Of a DNA stretch of 63,062 nt, positions 47,080-57,230 are shown one piece after another. Made by a program: the position numbers and the translations under genes. Under the pieces are notes generated by a model. It worked only from the letters and a program-made list of their open reading frames with translations, was not told the origin of the DNA and made no database searches. Source of the DNA: Eubacteriales bacterium. Lineage in GTDB: Bacteria > Bacillota > Clostridia > Oscillospirales > CAG-272. The DNA lies in contig JAZSGE010000148.1 in assembly GCA_045532575.1 (NCBI GenBank), positions 1 through 63,062 on the forward strand, in the 5' to 3' direction. The number at the start of each line of letters is the position of its first letter. Position 1 is the first letter of the stretch.

Positions 47080-47910
47080 TTACCTCGCTTTGCTTTGTTC
47101 CCATAAAAAGATCGTGGCGGCCATTGCCGCATTCAGCGACTCTGCCGTATTCTCGATGGGGAGATAGACGCTCCCCGCGCATCGGGCCGAGAGCGAAGCG
47201 GGGATCCCGTGCCCCTCGTTCCCTATCACAAAGACATCGTCCGCTCTGACACCGACGTCAGAAAGCGGGATCGCCTGCTCACGGAGCTCTGCCGCAAACA
47301 CACGGCGGCCGCAGGCCATGAGTGCCTCCACGGCCTCCTCGGTATCCGTAACGCGGAGCGTAGGAACACGGAAGACAGCCCCCATCGCGGCACGGACGGT
47401 CCTCGGGTTATAGAGGTCAGCGCAGTCCTCGCTGAGGATCAGCGTCTCGGCGCCGAAGGCTCCGGCGCTGCGCAATACCGTCCCAAGATTTCCGGGGTCA
47501 CGGATCGAGCAGAGGCAGAGCGCCCGTCCGACCGTTTTTAAATTGTCTACATCTATTTTAATACATCTTTTTGAAATGTCAAGATATTTCGCTACAAGAA
47601 GTATGCCCTCGGGGGCTTTTTCCGTGGTAATTTTGTCAAAGCAGCCCTCGCTTACCGTAAGGAGCTCGGTTTCATCGTACATGGGATCGGCAAACGCCGC
47701 CATGACGCTTTCAAGGTGCCGCTTGGCGTATTCCTCGGACAGGATCACGTAAGCAACGGGCACACGCGCCGCAAGGGCCTCCTCGCAGAGCTTGTGTCCC
47801 TCGACCAAAAAGAGGCGATGCTCTTCTCTGAATTTCTTTTCGGCGAGCGATGCCGCCAGCATCACCTTCGGGTTTTTTCGTGCGGTGATCGTTTCTTTTA
47901 CGAGCCTCAT
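47080..47910 (-). CDS. TrmH/SpoU-family RNA 2'-O-methyltransferase
   Basis: 276 aa. IRDPGNLGTVLRSA and NEGHGI..ESLN are SPOUT motifs. Confidence 0.85.
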   Translation of the reverse strand: MRLVKETITARKNPKVMLAASLAEKKFREEHRLFLVEGHKLCEEALAARVPVAYVILSEEYAKRHLESVMAAFADPMYDETELLTVSEGCFDKITTEKAPEGILLVAKYLDISKRCIKIDVDNLKTVGRALCLCSIRDPGNLGTVLRSAGAFGAETLILSEDCADLYNPRTVRAAMGAVFRVPTLRVTDTEEAVEALMACGRRVFAAELREQAIPLSDVGVRADDVFVIGNEGHGIPASLSARCAGSVYLPIENTAESLNAAMAATIFLWEQSKAR

Positions 47911-47924
47911 TTTTCACCTCGGGA

Positions 47925-47968
47925 ATAAAACAAATCCCCGACTCCGCGCAAGAGCGCGTGAGTCGGGG
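47925..47968 (-). terminator. Terminator after rplT
   Basis: ccccgactc..(inner cgcgc-aaga-gcgcg)..gagtcgggg. On the minus strand it is followed by a T-rich tract. Confidence 0.7.
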
Positions 47969-47977
47969 TATGAATGC

Positions 47978-48331
47978 TTAGAGGGCGGCCTTGGCGCGCT
48001 CGACGATCGCTGCGAAGGCAGCCTTGTCGGCGACGGCGATCTCGGCCAGCATCTTGCGGTTCAGATCGATCGAAGCAAGCTTCAGACCGTGCATCAGCTG
48101 CGAGTAGCTGATACCGCAGGCTCTCGCCTCGGCGGAGATACGGGCGATCCAGAGAGAACGGAAGTCTCTCTTCTTCATCTTACGACCGGCGAAGGCATAG
48201 TTACCGCTCTTGAGAACGGCCTGCTTCGCCATCTTGAAGTGCTTGCTCTTTGCACCCCAGTATCCTTTAGCGGCTTTGAGAACGCTCTTTCTTCTCTTGC
48301 GCGTCATCATTGCGCCTTTTACTCTTGCCAT
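47978..48331 (-). CDS. rplT: 50S ribosomal protein L20
   Basis: 117 aa. [15 protein letters not shown]. Confidence 0.97.
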   Translation of the reverse strand: MARVKGAMMTRKRRKSVLKAAKGYWGAKSKHFKMAKQAVLKSGNYAFAGRKMKKRDFRSLWIARISAEARACGISYSQLMHGLKLASIDLNRKMLAEIAVADKAAFAAIVERAKAAL

Positions 48332-48368
48332 GTTGTTTCTTCCTCCAAATTCTTAAATTCCGTCGAGA

Positions 48369-48563
48369 TCACTTCTGGATCATGCTTTTGATGGTGGGCG
48401 TCATGGACTTGCTGAGCACAAATCCCTTGCGGAGCGTTCTCTTACGCTTCGCGGTCTTGATCCCCAGGTTGTGACGGTGCTGAGAGTGCTGAACTTTGAT
48501 CTTGCCGCCGGCCGTTACACGGAATCTCTTGGCGGAGGCCTTGTGAGTTTTCATCTTTGCCAT
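48369..48563 (-). CDS. rpmI: 50S ribosomal protein L35
   Basis: 64 aa. MAKMKTHKASAKRFRVT. Confidence 0.97.
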   Translation of the reverse strand: MAKMKTHKASAKRFRVTAGGKIKVQHSQHRHNLGIKTAKRKRTLRKGFVLSKSMTPTIKSMIQK

Positions 48564-48635
48564 GTTATTTCTCCTTTGACTTTACTATCGGCGTCACCGA
48601 AAATATACAAATTCAGAACTGAATCTATAACGTAG

Positions 48636-49157
48636 TTATTTGCCCGACTTCATCGGGGAAAGGATAACGGAAAGGAATCTCCCCTCCTGGATGGGTGCCT
48701 TGTCGGCCGCACCGGCATCGGCACACGCCTGCATGAAGCGGTCGATCACGGCGCGCCCCATATCGAGGTGCGTCATCTCACGCCCCTTGAAGCGGATGAC
48801 AGCCTTGACCTTGTCACCGCCCTGCAGGAACTTGCGAGCCTGGTTGACACGGGTATCGAAGTCGTGGGTATCGATCCGGCAGGAAAGCTGGACCTCCTTG
48901 AGCTTCACGATCTGCTGATTCCGCCGTGCTTCCTTTTCCTTCTTGTCGCGCTCAAAGCGATACTTTCCGTAATCCATGACGCGACATACGGGGGGCTCGG
49001 CGTTAGGAGCCATCAGAACAAGATCAAGCCCTCGGCCGTAGGCGTACTCAAGCGCCGACATCGACGACATAATGCCGAGCTGCTCGCCCTCGGGACCGAC
49101 GAGGCGGACCTCCTTAAAGCGAATGCTTTCGTTGATCTGCAAATCCTTGGTGCTAAT
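48636..49157 (-). CDS. infC: Translation initiation factor IF-3, probable ATT start
   Basis: The IF-3 N and C domains are clear. An in-frame ATT at 49155-49157 lies 9 nt downstream of GGAGG. The track start (TTG 49142) is 24 nt from that RBS. Confidence 0.85.
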   Translation of the reverse strand: MSTKDLQINESIRFKEVRLVGPEGEQLGIMSSMSALEYAYGRGLDLVLMAPNAEPPVCRVMDYGKYRFERDKKEKEARRNQQIVKLKEVQLSCRIDTHDFDTRVNQARKFLQGGDKVKAVIRFKGREMTHLDMGRAVIDRFMQACADAGAADKAPIQEGRFLSVILSPMKSGK

Positions 49158-49312
49158 GGTAAAATACCTCCATAATCCATAAAAAAATGCATACGAATTT
49201 CCGTATGCACAAAAGCGCCCTAAAAAAGCGCCGATGTATTGACCTTACGCACCCTTGTGGCAAGGTGAGAACGGAAATTCTGCTTACTACGGTGGGCACT
49301 TTACCCACTACA
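49158..49312 (-). promoter_or_regulatory. infC-rpmI-rplT 5' leader (L20-leader-type attenuator region)
   Basis: About 155-nt structured UTR running from the consensus promoter to the infC RBS. It ends in a terminator hairpin. Confidence 0.5.
49181..49209 (-). terminator. Leader attenuator terminator just upstream of the infC RBS
   Basis: Minus strand: tgcatacg-gaaatt-cgtatgca followed by T7. Confidence 0.7.
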
Positions 49313-49318
49313 CGGTGC

Positions 49319-49347
49319 ATTATACCACTCCCCGCATCTTTTGTCAA
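49319..49347 (-). promoter_or_regulatory. sigmaA consensus promoter for the infC operon
   Basis: Minus strand: TTGACA, 17 nt, TGgTATAAT. Confidence 0.75.
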
Positions 49348-49447
49348 TACCTTTTTTTGAAATTCCCCGTTTTTTTCGGGCGGAGGCGGCCGCCTTGCCC
49401 CCTTTTCTATTTATTTTTGAAAAAAGGTGGATTTTTTTCTCTCGCTG

Positions 49448-49456
49448 TGTTATAAT
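49448..49456 (+). promoter_or_regulatory. Extended -10 element upstream of lon
   Basis: TGtTATAAT. No good -35 is seen. Confidence 0.4.
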
Positions 49457-49537
49457 GCAATGTATACTGTCCAACGATACCCAAAATCTACCAACCGCGC
49501 GACACTGCCGCGCTTACAGGATAGCAAAGGAAACCGT

Positions 49538-51982
49538 ATGAGCAACTTTATTGAAAAGGCAGAGGTCATGGATCTTCCCCTGATCCCTCTTCGCGGCACC
49601 GTCGCCTTCCCCTCTGTCCAAATGAATCTTACCATCTCGCGCGGCATTTCGCTGAAGGCCTTTGGCGAGGCCGCCTCGAAGGAGTCCTATGTCCTTCTCT
49701 GCACCCAGCGTGATGCCGGCGTTGAGGAGCCCACCGCCAAGGATCTGTTCCGTGTCGGCACCGTCTGCGCCATCAAGCACGTATCCAAAACGCCGGACGG
49801 GAATCTCAGCGCTGTCTTTGAGGGCATCTGCCGTGCCAAGATCACCGATATCCGGCCGGATGACGGGTATTTCCGCGCCTCCGTGATCTCCAAAAGGATC
49901 ACGCTCGGCAACGTCACCACCCTGCGTGCCGAGGCCATGATGCAGGAGGTGGCCAACAGCCTCAATGCCATTCAGCCCGTGCATCCCTCCCTCAATGACG
50001 AGCTCCGTGCCGCCGCCACCGCCATCAAGAATCCCGCGATGCTCTGTGACTTCGTGGCCTCCGCCGTCCTTTTGAATTACAGGAATAAGCAGACCATCCT
50101 CGAGTGCATCAATCCCCTCGTCCGGATCGAGCGTCTCCTCGTTCTCCTCGAGGAGGAAAAGGATATCCTCGTCTGCGAGGCCGAGATCCATAACACCGTC
50201 AGAGAAAAGGTGGATGAGCATCATAAGGAATTCTTCCTGCGTGAGCAGATGCGCGCCATCCAGCAGGAGCTCGGCGAGGATAATGACGAGATCGAGGAAT
50301 ACAGCGCGAAGATCGAACGCACCGCCATGCCGAAGGAGGTCAGGGAAAAGCTCAAAAAGGAGCTCGGCAAGCTCGCCAAGACCCCCTACGGCGCCGCCGA
50401 AAGCGTTGTCCTGCGCAACTATCTCGATACCTGCCTTGAGATCCCGTGGGAAAAGACCACCAAGGATAAGCTTGATCTTGCCGCCGCCGGCAAGGTGCTC
50501 GAGGCCGACCACTACGGCCTTGACAAGATCAAGACCCGCATTCTCGAATACATCGCCGTGCGCAAGCTCGCCCCCGATATCCGCAATCAGATCCTCTGCC
50601 TTGTCGGCCCTCCCGGTGTCGGCAAGACCTCGATCGCCGCGAGCGTCGCCCGCGCTCTTGGGCGCAAGTATGCCCGCATCTCGCTCGGCGGCATCCGGGA
50701 TGAGGCCGATATCCGCGGCCACCGCAAGACCTATGTCGGTGCTATGCCCGGCCGCATCGTTTCGGCCCTTACCACCGCAAGATCCAAGAATCCCGTCATC
50801 GTTCTCGACGAGCTGGATAAGCTCTCGCGTGACCTTCACGGCGATCCCTCCTCGGCGCTGCTTGAGGTTCTCGATCCCGAGCAGAACAAGTTCTTCCGCG
50901 ATCACTTTCTCGAGGTACCGCTCGACCTTTCGGACTGCCTCTTTATCGCCACGGCTAACTATTACGAGGGGATCCCCGAGGCTCTGATCGACCGTATGGA
51001 GATCATCGAGGTCAAGCCCTACACCCGCACCGAAAAGCTGAACATCGCCCTCCGCCATCTCATTCCCAAGCAGCTGAAGCGCCACGGCCTGAACCGCCGC
51101 ACGCTGCTTCTCTCCGAGGAGGCGGTCCTCACCGTGATCGACGGCTATACGCGGGAGGCCGGTGTCCGCAACCTCGAGCGCGAGCTCGCTACCCTCTTCC
51201 GCAAGGCCGCGCGCCGCATCGCCGAGGGCGAGGTCAAGCGCGTGACCGTCACCCCCGAGACTCTTAAGGACTACCTCGGCAAGCCGAAATTCCGGCCCGA
51301 CGAAAACAGCCGCACCGACGAGGTGGGCGTCGTCAACGGTCTCGCCTATACCCAGACGGGTGGCGACCTTCTCCGTGTCGAGGTCCTGCCGATGACCGGC
51401 ACGGGCAAGCTTGAGCTCACAGGCTCGCTCGGTGACGTGATGAAGGAGTCGGCGCATATCGCCGTCAGCTGTGTCCGCTCGCGCGCCGCCGACTACGGCA
51501 TCCCTGCCGATTTCGCGGCCAAAAACGACCTTCACATCCACTTCCCCGAGGGCGCCATTCCGAAGGACGGTCCCTCGGCCGGTGTTACCATGGTCACCGC
51601 CCTCGTCAGTGCCCTTTCGGGCATTCCCGTCCGCCACGATGTGGCAATGACGGGCGAGGTCACCCTCCGCGGCCGTGTCCTCCCGATCGGCGGTCTTACC
51701 GAAAAGACCATGGCTGCCTACCGCGCCGGCATCAAAACGGTACTCATCCCGCGCGATAACGAGCGTGATCTCGATGAGATCGACAAGGAGGCCGCCGCCC
51801 ACCTGCACTTCGTGCTTTGCGATACGGTGGACGATGTCCTTGAGGCCGCCCTCGCCAAGCCCACAGCGGCCACCCTCGCTCCCACGCTTCCTGAGGAGAC
51901 CGCCGAGCCCGTACGGGCCGAGGCGCCGCTTTCGATCCCCGCTGTTACGCCCGGGATCACGGTAACGGGGGCGCGGCGCTGA
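49538..51982 (+). CDS. lon: ATP-dependent Lon protease
   Basis: Start at [20 protein letters not shown] (LON N-domain). GPPGVGKTS Walker A. PKDGPSAG contains the catalytic Ser. The track ORF is over-extended by 37 codons. Confidence 0.95.
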   Translation: MSNFIEKAEVMDLPLIPLRGTVAFPSVQMNLTISRGISLKAFGEAASKESYVLLCTQRDAGVEEPTAKDLFRVGTVCAIKHVSKTPDGNLSAVFEGICRAKITDIRPDDGYFRASVISKRITLGNVTTLRAEAMMQEVANSLNAIQPVHPSLNDELRAAATAIKNPAMLCDFVASAVLLNYRNKQTILECINPLVRIERLLVLLEEEKDILVCEAEIHNTVREKVDEHHKEFFLREQMRAIQQELGEDNDEIEEYSAKIERTAMPKEVREKLKKELGKLAKTPYGAAESVVLRNYLDTCLEIPWEKTTKDKLDLAAAGKVLEADHYGLDKIKTRILEYIAVRKLAPDIRNQILCLVGPPGVGKTSIAASVARALGRKYARISLGGIRDEADIRGHRKTYVGAMPGRIVSALTTARSKNPVIVLDELDKLSRDLHGDPSSALLEVLDPEQNKFFRDHFLEVPLDLSDCLFIATANYYEGIPEALIDRMEIIEVKPYTRTEKLNIALRHLIPKQLKRHGLNRRTLLLSEEAVLTVIDGYTREAGVRNLERELATLFRKAARRIAEGEVKRVTVTPETLKDYLGKPKFRPDENSRTDEVGVVNGLAYTQTGGDLLRVEVLPMTGTGKLELTGSLGDVMKESAHIAVSCVRSRAADYGIPADFAAKNDLHIHFPEGAIPKDGPSAGVTMVTALVSALSGIPVRHDVAMTGEVTLRGRVLPIGGLTEKTMAAYRAGIKTVLIPRDNERDLDEIDKEAAAHLHFVLCDTVDDVLEAALAKPTAATLAPTLPEETAEPVRAEAPLSIPAVTPGITVTGARR

Positions 51983-51983
51983 T

Positions 51984-52580
51984 ATGGCTGTCAACTTCGC
52001 CTCCACCGACCTTAAGATGAGCGCGGGCCTTCCCTCGCAATTCCCGACCGACCCGCGGCCCCAGATCGCCTTCTCGGGGCGCTCGAACGTCGGCAAAAGC
52101 TCGCTCATCAATACCCTCCTCGGCCGCAAGGCTCTGGCCCGCGTCAGCGCCTCTCCCGGGAAAACGGTCACCATCAATTTTTATGATGTAGACAAAAAGC
52201 TCTACTTCGTCGATCTCCCGGGCTATGGCTTTGCCAAGCGCTCGGATGCCGAGCGCCGCCGCTTCAGCACGCTCACCGACGGCTATTTTGTCAACAACCC
52301 CAACCGCGACCTCCTCCGCCTTGTCGTACAGCTTGTGGATATCCGCATCGGGCCTACGAATGACGACCGTATGATGATCGACTTCCTCACACAGTACGGG
52401 ATCCCGTTCCTCGTCGCCGCCTCCAAGGCGGACAAGCTCTCAAAGACCGCCGTGCAGCGCGCGATCGACGAGCTCTCCGCCTCCTATCCCGGCATCACGG
52501 TCCTCCCGTTCTCTTCCCTGAACGGTATGGGAAAGGAGGCGCTCCGCGCCGCCATCCTCTCTGCCGCCGAGCTATCTTGA
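51984..52580 (+). CDS. engB: Ribosome biogenesis GTP-binding protein YsxC/EngB
   Basis: 198 aa. GRSNVGKSSLIN is G1, DLPGYG is G3. Conserved lon-engB synteny. Confidence 0.93.
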   Translation: MAVNFASTDLKMSAGLPSQFPTDPRPQIAFSGRSNVGKSSLINTLLGRKALARVSASPGKTVTINFYDVDKKLYFVDLPGYGFAKRSDAERRRFSTLTDGYFVNNPNRDLLRLVVQLVDIRIGPTNDDRMMIDFLTQYGIPFLVAASKADKLSKTAVQRAIDELSASYPGITVLPFSSLNGMGKEALRAAILSAAELS

Positions 52581-52587
52581 GGAACCT

Positions 52588-53256
52588 ATGGATACCATCG
52601 TCTCTCTCCTTCTTTCCATCCCCGCCGTTCTCATTGCGCTGACCGTTCACGAATGCGCCCACGGCTACGCCGCCTTTCGCCTCGGCGATCCGACGGCAAA
52701 GAGCCTTGGCCGCCTCTCCCTGAACCCCCTCCGCCACCTGGACCCGATCGGCACCCTCGCCATGATCTTCTTCCGCTTTGGTTGGGCAAAGCCCGTGCCG
52801 ATCAACGCCCGCTATTTCAAAAAGCCGCGCCGCGATATGGCGATCACCGCCCTTGCCGGCCCGCTTTCCAACTTCCTCTTGGCCCTTCTCGGCGCCTTCC
52901 TTTACCTTCTGGCGGTATCGGGCTTCAATGCGATCCTCGGGGCGAGTGAGGTCTCTCGCTTTCTCTATCTTCTCATGCAGTACACCGCGAGCTTCCTCTA
53001 TATTTTCCACTTTGTCAACCTGACGCTCGGGCTCTTCAACTGCCTGCCCGTGCCTCCCCTTGACGGCTCGCGCTTTCTCCTTATCTTTCTTCCCCCGAAG
53101 GCCTACTTTGCCGTCATGCGCTATGAGCGCTACATCTCGCTTGCCCTGGTGCTCTGCCTCGCCTTCGGTCTCTTTGACGGTTGGCTGGCGGTCGCCGCCA
53201 ACGCGATCTCGCAGGGAATGCTCTCTCTTTTTCGCTGGATTCCATCATTTTCATGA
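52588..53256 (+). CDS. Site-2 protease family (M50) membrane metalloprotease
   Basis: 222 aa. HECAHG is the HExxH motif within TM1. LPVPPLDG is the NPDG-like motif. Confidence 0.8.
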   Translation: MDTIVSLLLSIPAVLIALTVHECAHGYAAFRLGDPTAKSLGRLSLNPLRHLDPIGTLAMIFFRFGWAKPVPINARYFKKPRRDMAITALAGPLSNFLLALLGAFLYLLAVSGFNAILGASEVSRFLYLLMQYTASFLYIFHFVNLTLGLFNCLPVPPLDGSRFLLIFLPPKAYFAVMRYERYISLALVLCLAFGLFDGWLAVAANAISQGMLSLFRWIPSFS

Positions 53257-53264
53257 GGTAACCT

Positions 53265-54089
53265 ATGGATGAGATCATCTTCCGCCTCGACCAGTTCGAG
53301 GGGCCCATGGATCTTCTTCTGGAGATCATAAGAAAAAACAAATACAAGATCACCGACATCCCGATCGCCGAGATCTGTGACCAGTACCTCTCCTATATGG
53401 CGGAGGCCGAGCGTATGGATCTTAACCTGACGAGTGAATTTATCGTGATGGCCAGCGAGCTTTTGCTGATCAAAAGCATCATCCTCCTCCCCCGTGCGCA
53501 GGAGGAGGTGCAGATCCGCAAGCAGGAGCTCGAAAACGCCCTCCAGATCTATCAGAGGGCCAAGGCCGCCGCACGCGATATGCAGAAGCTCTACGAGGAC
53601 TATTCGGGCCGCTTTGCCAAGGAGACCGACGAGATCCCGCCCGAGAAGGGCTTCCCCCTCGGCCTCGATCCCGCCCTCCTCGCCAAGGCCATGCAGTCCA
53701 TGCTCAATCGGATGCGCGAGGCCGAGGCCCGCACGACCGAGAAGCTCATTACACCGCTCGTCAACCGCAAGACCGTCTCGGTCGAAAAGCGCATCGAGCA
53801 CGTGGTCTCAAAGCTCGAGCTCCGGGGCGAAGCCACGATGTTCCACCTTCTTTCCGACTGTGAGGACCGCGCCGAGCTGATCGCCACCTTCCTCGGCATC
53901 CTCGAGCTGATCAAGATCCACAGGATCGTCCTCCTCGAAACCCCGGAGGACGAGCTCGCCCCCCCGAACGGCCAGGACGACGGCCTCATGCTCCGCTTCA
54001 CAATGAATCCCGACTATGTCCCCGACGAAAACACAGAAAGTGAGTTTGACCATGACGAAAGCGACGAAGGAACCCGAGACGACGGTTGA
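53265..54089 (+). CDS. scpA: Segregation and condensation protein A
   Basis: 274 aa. FEGPMDLLLEIIRKNKYKITDIPIAEI. Confidence 0.93.
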   Translation: MDEIIFRLDQFEGPMDLLLEIIRKNKYKITDIPIAEICDQYLSYMAEAERMDLNLTSEFIVMASELLLIKSIILLPRAQEEVQIRKQELENALQIYQRAKAAARDMQKLYEDYSGRFAKETDEIPPEKGFPLGLDPALLAKAMQSMLNRMREAEARTTEKLITPLVNRKTVSVEKRIEHVVSKLELRGEATMFHLLSDCEDRAELIATFLGILELIKIHRIVLLETPEDELAPPNGQDDGLMLRFTMNPDYVPDENTESEFDHDESDEGTRDDG

Positions 54090-54837
54090 TATCACCGAAA
54101 GCACCGCAATGGAAGCGCTGACCGAGAGCGCCGAGGAGGAGGTTGCCCCCACCCCCGACGAGGACTTTGATCTCGACGAGGCCATCGAGGCGATCCTGTT
54201 TGCCGCCGGTCACGCCATCACCTATGCCCAGCTTGGCAGCCTCTTTGAGATCCCCGTCCTTGAAATGAAGGCGCGCGTTCTGGAATACGCCCATCGCTAT
54301 AACCGCACCCGCCTTTCGCGTGGGGTCATCCTCCTGACCTACGATGAATCCTGCCAGCTCTGCACCAAGCCCTCGTATCTCCCCTACATCCGTGCCGCCC
54401 TCGGCATCCGCAAGAACGGCAACCTCTCGGCCTCCTCGATCGAGACCCTGGCCATCATCGCCTACAACCAGCCCGTCACCCGCTCGTACATCGACCAGGT
54501 GCGCAAGGTGGAAAGCTCCTACGCCGTCAACAACCTCCTCGACCGCGGCCTCATTGAAAGCAAGGGGCGCCTCGATGCCCCCGGCCGCCCGATGCTCCTC
54601 GGCACGACCCCCGACTTCCTCCGTTGCTTCGGCCTGACCTCGCTTGCCGACCTCCCCGATATCCATACCGATGAGGCCGCCGATATGCTGATGCGCATGG
54701 GCCGCCAGATGATGCTCGATACCGACACCGACGAAAATCAGATCACGATCGACACCGTTATGGAGGACGGCGCCCCCACAGCTCCACTCGCACTCGAGGG
54801 CACTGCGTCAAGCGACGAGGCCGCCGAGACCAACTGA
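54052..54837 (+). CDS. scpB: Segregation and condensation protein B (start uncertain: 54016, 54052 or 54109)
   Basis: EAILFAAGHAITYAQL and the AYNQPVTRSYIDQVR winged-helix motifs. Acidic N- and C-terminal extensions. Confidence 0.85.
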   Translation: MTKATKEPETTVDITESTAMEALTESAEEEVAPTPDEDFDLDEAIEAILFAAGHAITYAQLGSLFEIPVLEMKARVLEYAHRYNRTRLSRGVILLTYDESCQLCTKPSYLPYIRAALGIRKNGNLSASSIETLAIIAYNQPVTRSYIDQVRKVESSYAVNNLLDRGLIESKGRLDAPGRPMLLGTTPDFLRCFGLTSLADLPDIHTDEAADMLMRMGRQMMLDTDTDENQITIDTVMEDGAPTAPLALEGTASSDEAAETN

Positions 54838-54867
54838 TTCCGCTACTCTAAGGGAAGGAGATATGCT

Positions 54868-55590
54868 TTGAAAGCACTGATCATCGTTGCCTCGATCCTG
54901 ATCCCTCTTCTCGTCCTTCTCTTCGCGCCTCTCCGCCTCTCTCTCGTCTATGACGGGAGGCTCGGCCTCCGTCTTTCCTACCTCTTCCTCCGCTTCTCTC
55001 TCTATCCGAGAAAGGCGAAGTCAAAGAAGAAAAAAGCAAAGAAAAAGAAGACTCTTGCCAAAAAGCACCCCCAAGGCGCTAAAGCCGATGCCACAGCCGG
55101 AGCACCGCCCGGAGATACCGCCGCAAAGACCAAGGAAAAGCGCTCGCTCTCCTTTGCGGATGTCCGCTTCCTCCTCCGCATCCTCCGTGAGCTTCTGGCC
55201 TCGATCCTCGACCGCGCCTCACGGCACATCCGCCTCGTGATCCGTCGCCTCCGCATCACCCTCGGCGGCGAAGAGGATGCGGCGCGTGCCGCCATTGAAT
55301 ACGGCCTCGTCTCGCAGGGTCTTTCCTATCTTATCGCCTCGCTCGATGCCACCGGCTTTCTCCGTGAGGGGGACGTCCGCGACCTTTCGCTCGATGTCAA
55401 CTATCTCGAGAAGCGCCACTCCCTCGAGGCTCGCATCGACATCGTCTGCCCCCTCGTATTTCTGATCGGCTTTGCCCTGCGCTCCCTGACCTATGCGCTG
55501 ACAGCCAGGGGGCGCTGGACAAGATACCGCGCAAAAAACGGAAAAAAACCAAGCTCTACCTCTTCCAAAAAGGAGACTCACCATGGCTGA
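54868..55590 (+). CDS. ytfI: DUF2953 (YtfI-like) sporulation-associated membrane protein
   Basis: TTG start 7 nt after AAGGAG. N-terminal TM, a lysine-rich stretch, and a position directly upstream of ytfJ. Confidence 0.55.
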   Translation: MKALIIVASILIPLLVLLFAPLRLSLVYDGRLGLRLSYLFLRFSLYPRKAKSKKKKAKKKKTLAKKHPQGAKADATAGAPPGDTAAKTKEKRSLSFADVRFLLRILRELLASILDRASRHIRLVIRRLRITLGGEEDAARAAIEYGLVSQGLSYLIASLDATGFLREGDVRDLSLDVNYLEKRHSLEARIDIVCPLVFLIGFALRSLTYALTARGRWTRYRAKNGKKPSSTSSKKETHHG

Positions 55591-56044
55591 CAACAAATTC
55601 AGCGATATCATCAACGCATCCCTTGAAAAGGTCAAGGAATTCGCCAGCTCCGAGACCGTGATCGGCGACCCCATCAAGGTCGGTGAGACCACCATCATCC
55701 CGGTCTCCCGCATCACCATGGGCTTTGCCTCGGGTGGCGTCGATTATGCCGGCAAAAAGGCCAAGGAGGCCCAGGCCGCACGCCCGAACAACTTTGGCGG
55801 AGGCGGCGGAACCGGGGTCAACATCACCCCTATCGCCTTCCTGATCCTCTCCGAGACCGGCACCGCCGAGCTTCTGCCGATCACGGGCTATGACGAGGGC
55901 GGCTCGGTCGACAAGATCACCTCGCTCATCGAGCGCTCCCCCGATATCCTCTCGCGCCTTCGCGATGTCTTCGTGAAAAAGAAGGAAAAAAAGGATGCCT
56001 CTGACGACGGGATCGCCGTCGAGGATGCCGCCGAGGAAAATTAA
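55583..56044 (+). CDS. ytfJ: Sporulation protein YtfJ (GerW family)
   Basis: 153 aa. SETVIGDPIKVGETTIIPVSRITMGFASGG. Confidence 0.85.
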   Translation: MADNKFSDIINASLEKVKEFASSETVIGDPIKVGETTIIPVSRITMGFASGGVDYAGKKAKEAQAARPNNFGGGGGTGVNITPIAFLILSETGTAELLPITGYDEGGSVDKITSLIERSPDILSRLRDVFVKKKEKKDASDDGIAVEDAAEEN

Positions 56045-56129
56045 GAAAAAAAGGCCGCTTTTTTCACGGTATACCTCGCCTTTTGCGTTGCATATTAACT
56101 ATAAAACTATGTAACCCGAGGTATTGTCC

Positions 56130-57212
56130 GTGAAGATCATCCGCCCCTCGCTCGCCCTCCTTCTTTCGCTTCTTTTTCTCTCTTCTCCGCCCATGGCTAT
56201 GGCCGCCCCGAGCGGCGGAGCCGTCTCGGCCGAGTGCGCCGTGCTCATCGAGGCCACGACCGGCCGCGTTCTCTATGAAAAGAACGCCGATAAGCGCCAC
56301 CCGATGGCAAGCACCACCAAGATCATGACAGCGCTCATCGCCGTCGAAAGTGTCCCCCTCGATACCGTCGTTCGGGTCGATCCCCGCGCCGTGGGAGTCG
56401 AGGGCTCCTCGGTCTATCTCAAGAAGGGCGAGCGCTACACGATGGAGGCTCTCCTCCACGCCCTCCTTTTGCAAAGCGCCAACGACGCCGCCGAGGCGAT
56501 CGCCTATGCCATAGCCGGGAGCGTGCCGGCCTTTGCCGCCATGATGAATACCCGCGCCGATGCCCTCGGTCTTACCTCCACCCATTTTGAAAATCCCCAC
56601 GGCCTTGACGGTGATGCCCATTACACCACCGCACGCGAGCTCGCTCTGATCACCAAGGAGGCGATGGAGCACCCTGCCCTCGCTGAGATCTTCGCCAAGC
56701 GCCGCTATGTCTTCTCCTCCCTTGACGGCGGTAATGTCCGCACCCTGATCAATCACAATAAAATGCTCGTCCTGTATGACGGCGCCATCGGTGTCAAAAC
56801 CGGCTACACCAAAAAATGCGGCCGTTGCCTCGTCAGCGCCGCCGAGCGGGACGGCCTCACCCTGATCGCCGTCACCCTCGATGCCCCCTCGGATTGGTCG
56901 GATCATACGGCCCTTCTCGACCTCGGCTACTCGCTCCTTGAGCATCGGCTCCTCGCCGCCGAGGGCACCCTCCGCCTTGATCTTCCCCTCTTCAACGCAA
57001 GTGGCACCGTCACGGTGGAAAACGCCGAGGATATCTTGCTGCCCCTGGGGAAGGAACAGGCCTCCCCTCCCCCCGTCTATGACCTCTTCCCCTATCCCAC
57101 CGTCCCCGTCAAAAAAGGCGCTCTCGCCGGCTATGTCACCTACACGCAGGGAGATGCCACCGTCACCTCCCCCCTTATCTTCGCCGAGGACATCCCCTCG
57201 GTACAACACTGA
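56130..57212 (+). CDS. dacB: D-alanyl-D-alanine carboxypeptidase (sporulation-type DacB-like)
   Basis: GTG 56130 lies 7 nt after GAGGT (TTG 56124 is the alternative). Signal peptide; STTK is the SxxK motif. Synteny scpAB-..-dacB-rluB as in Bacillus. Confidence 0.8.
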   Translation: MKIIRPSLALLLSLLFLSSPPMAMAAPSGGAVSAECAVLIEATTGRVLYEKNADKRHPMASTTKIMTALIAVESVPLDTVVRVDPRAVGVEGSSVYLKKGERYTMEALLHALLLQSANDAAEAIAYAIAGSVPAFAAMMNTRADALGLTSTHFENPHGLDGDAHYTTARELALITKEAMEHPALAEIFAKRRYVFSSLDGGNVRTLINHNKMLVLYDGAIGVKTGYTKKCGRCLVSAAERDGLTLIAVTLDAPSDWSDHTALLDLGYSLLEHRLLAAEGTLRLDLPLFNASGTVTVENAEDILLPLGKEQASPPPVYDLFPYPTVPVKKGALAGYVTYTQGDATVTSPLIFAEDIPSVQH

Positions 57213-57230
57213 TGCAATGAGGCTCACTCT

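Noticed and set aside
49386-49397. Perfect 12-nt GC palindrome aggcggccgcct (contains GCGGCCGC) between infC and lon.
   Set aside because: It is short and isolated, with no flanking T-run or partner half-sites. It is probably incidental or a weak hairpin.
49158-49537. A divergent strand switch (minus-strand genes to the left, plus-strand genes to the right) that could mark a replication origin.
   Set aside because: I saw no DnaA-box (TTATCCACA/TGTGGATAA) clusters, no dnaA/dnaN nearby, and other strand switches occur in the window (6.4 kb, 10.6 kb, 27.1 kb, 58 kb). It is explained by the divergent infC and lon promoters.
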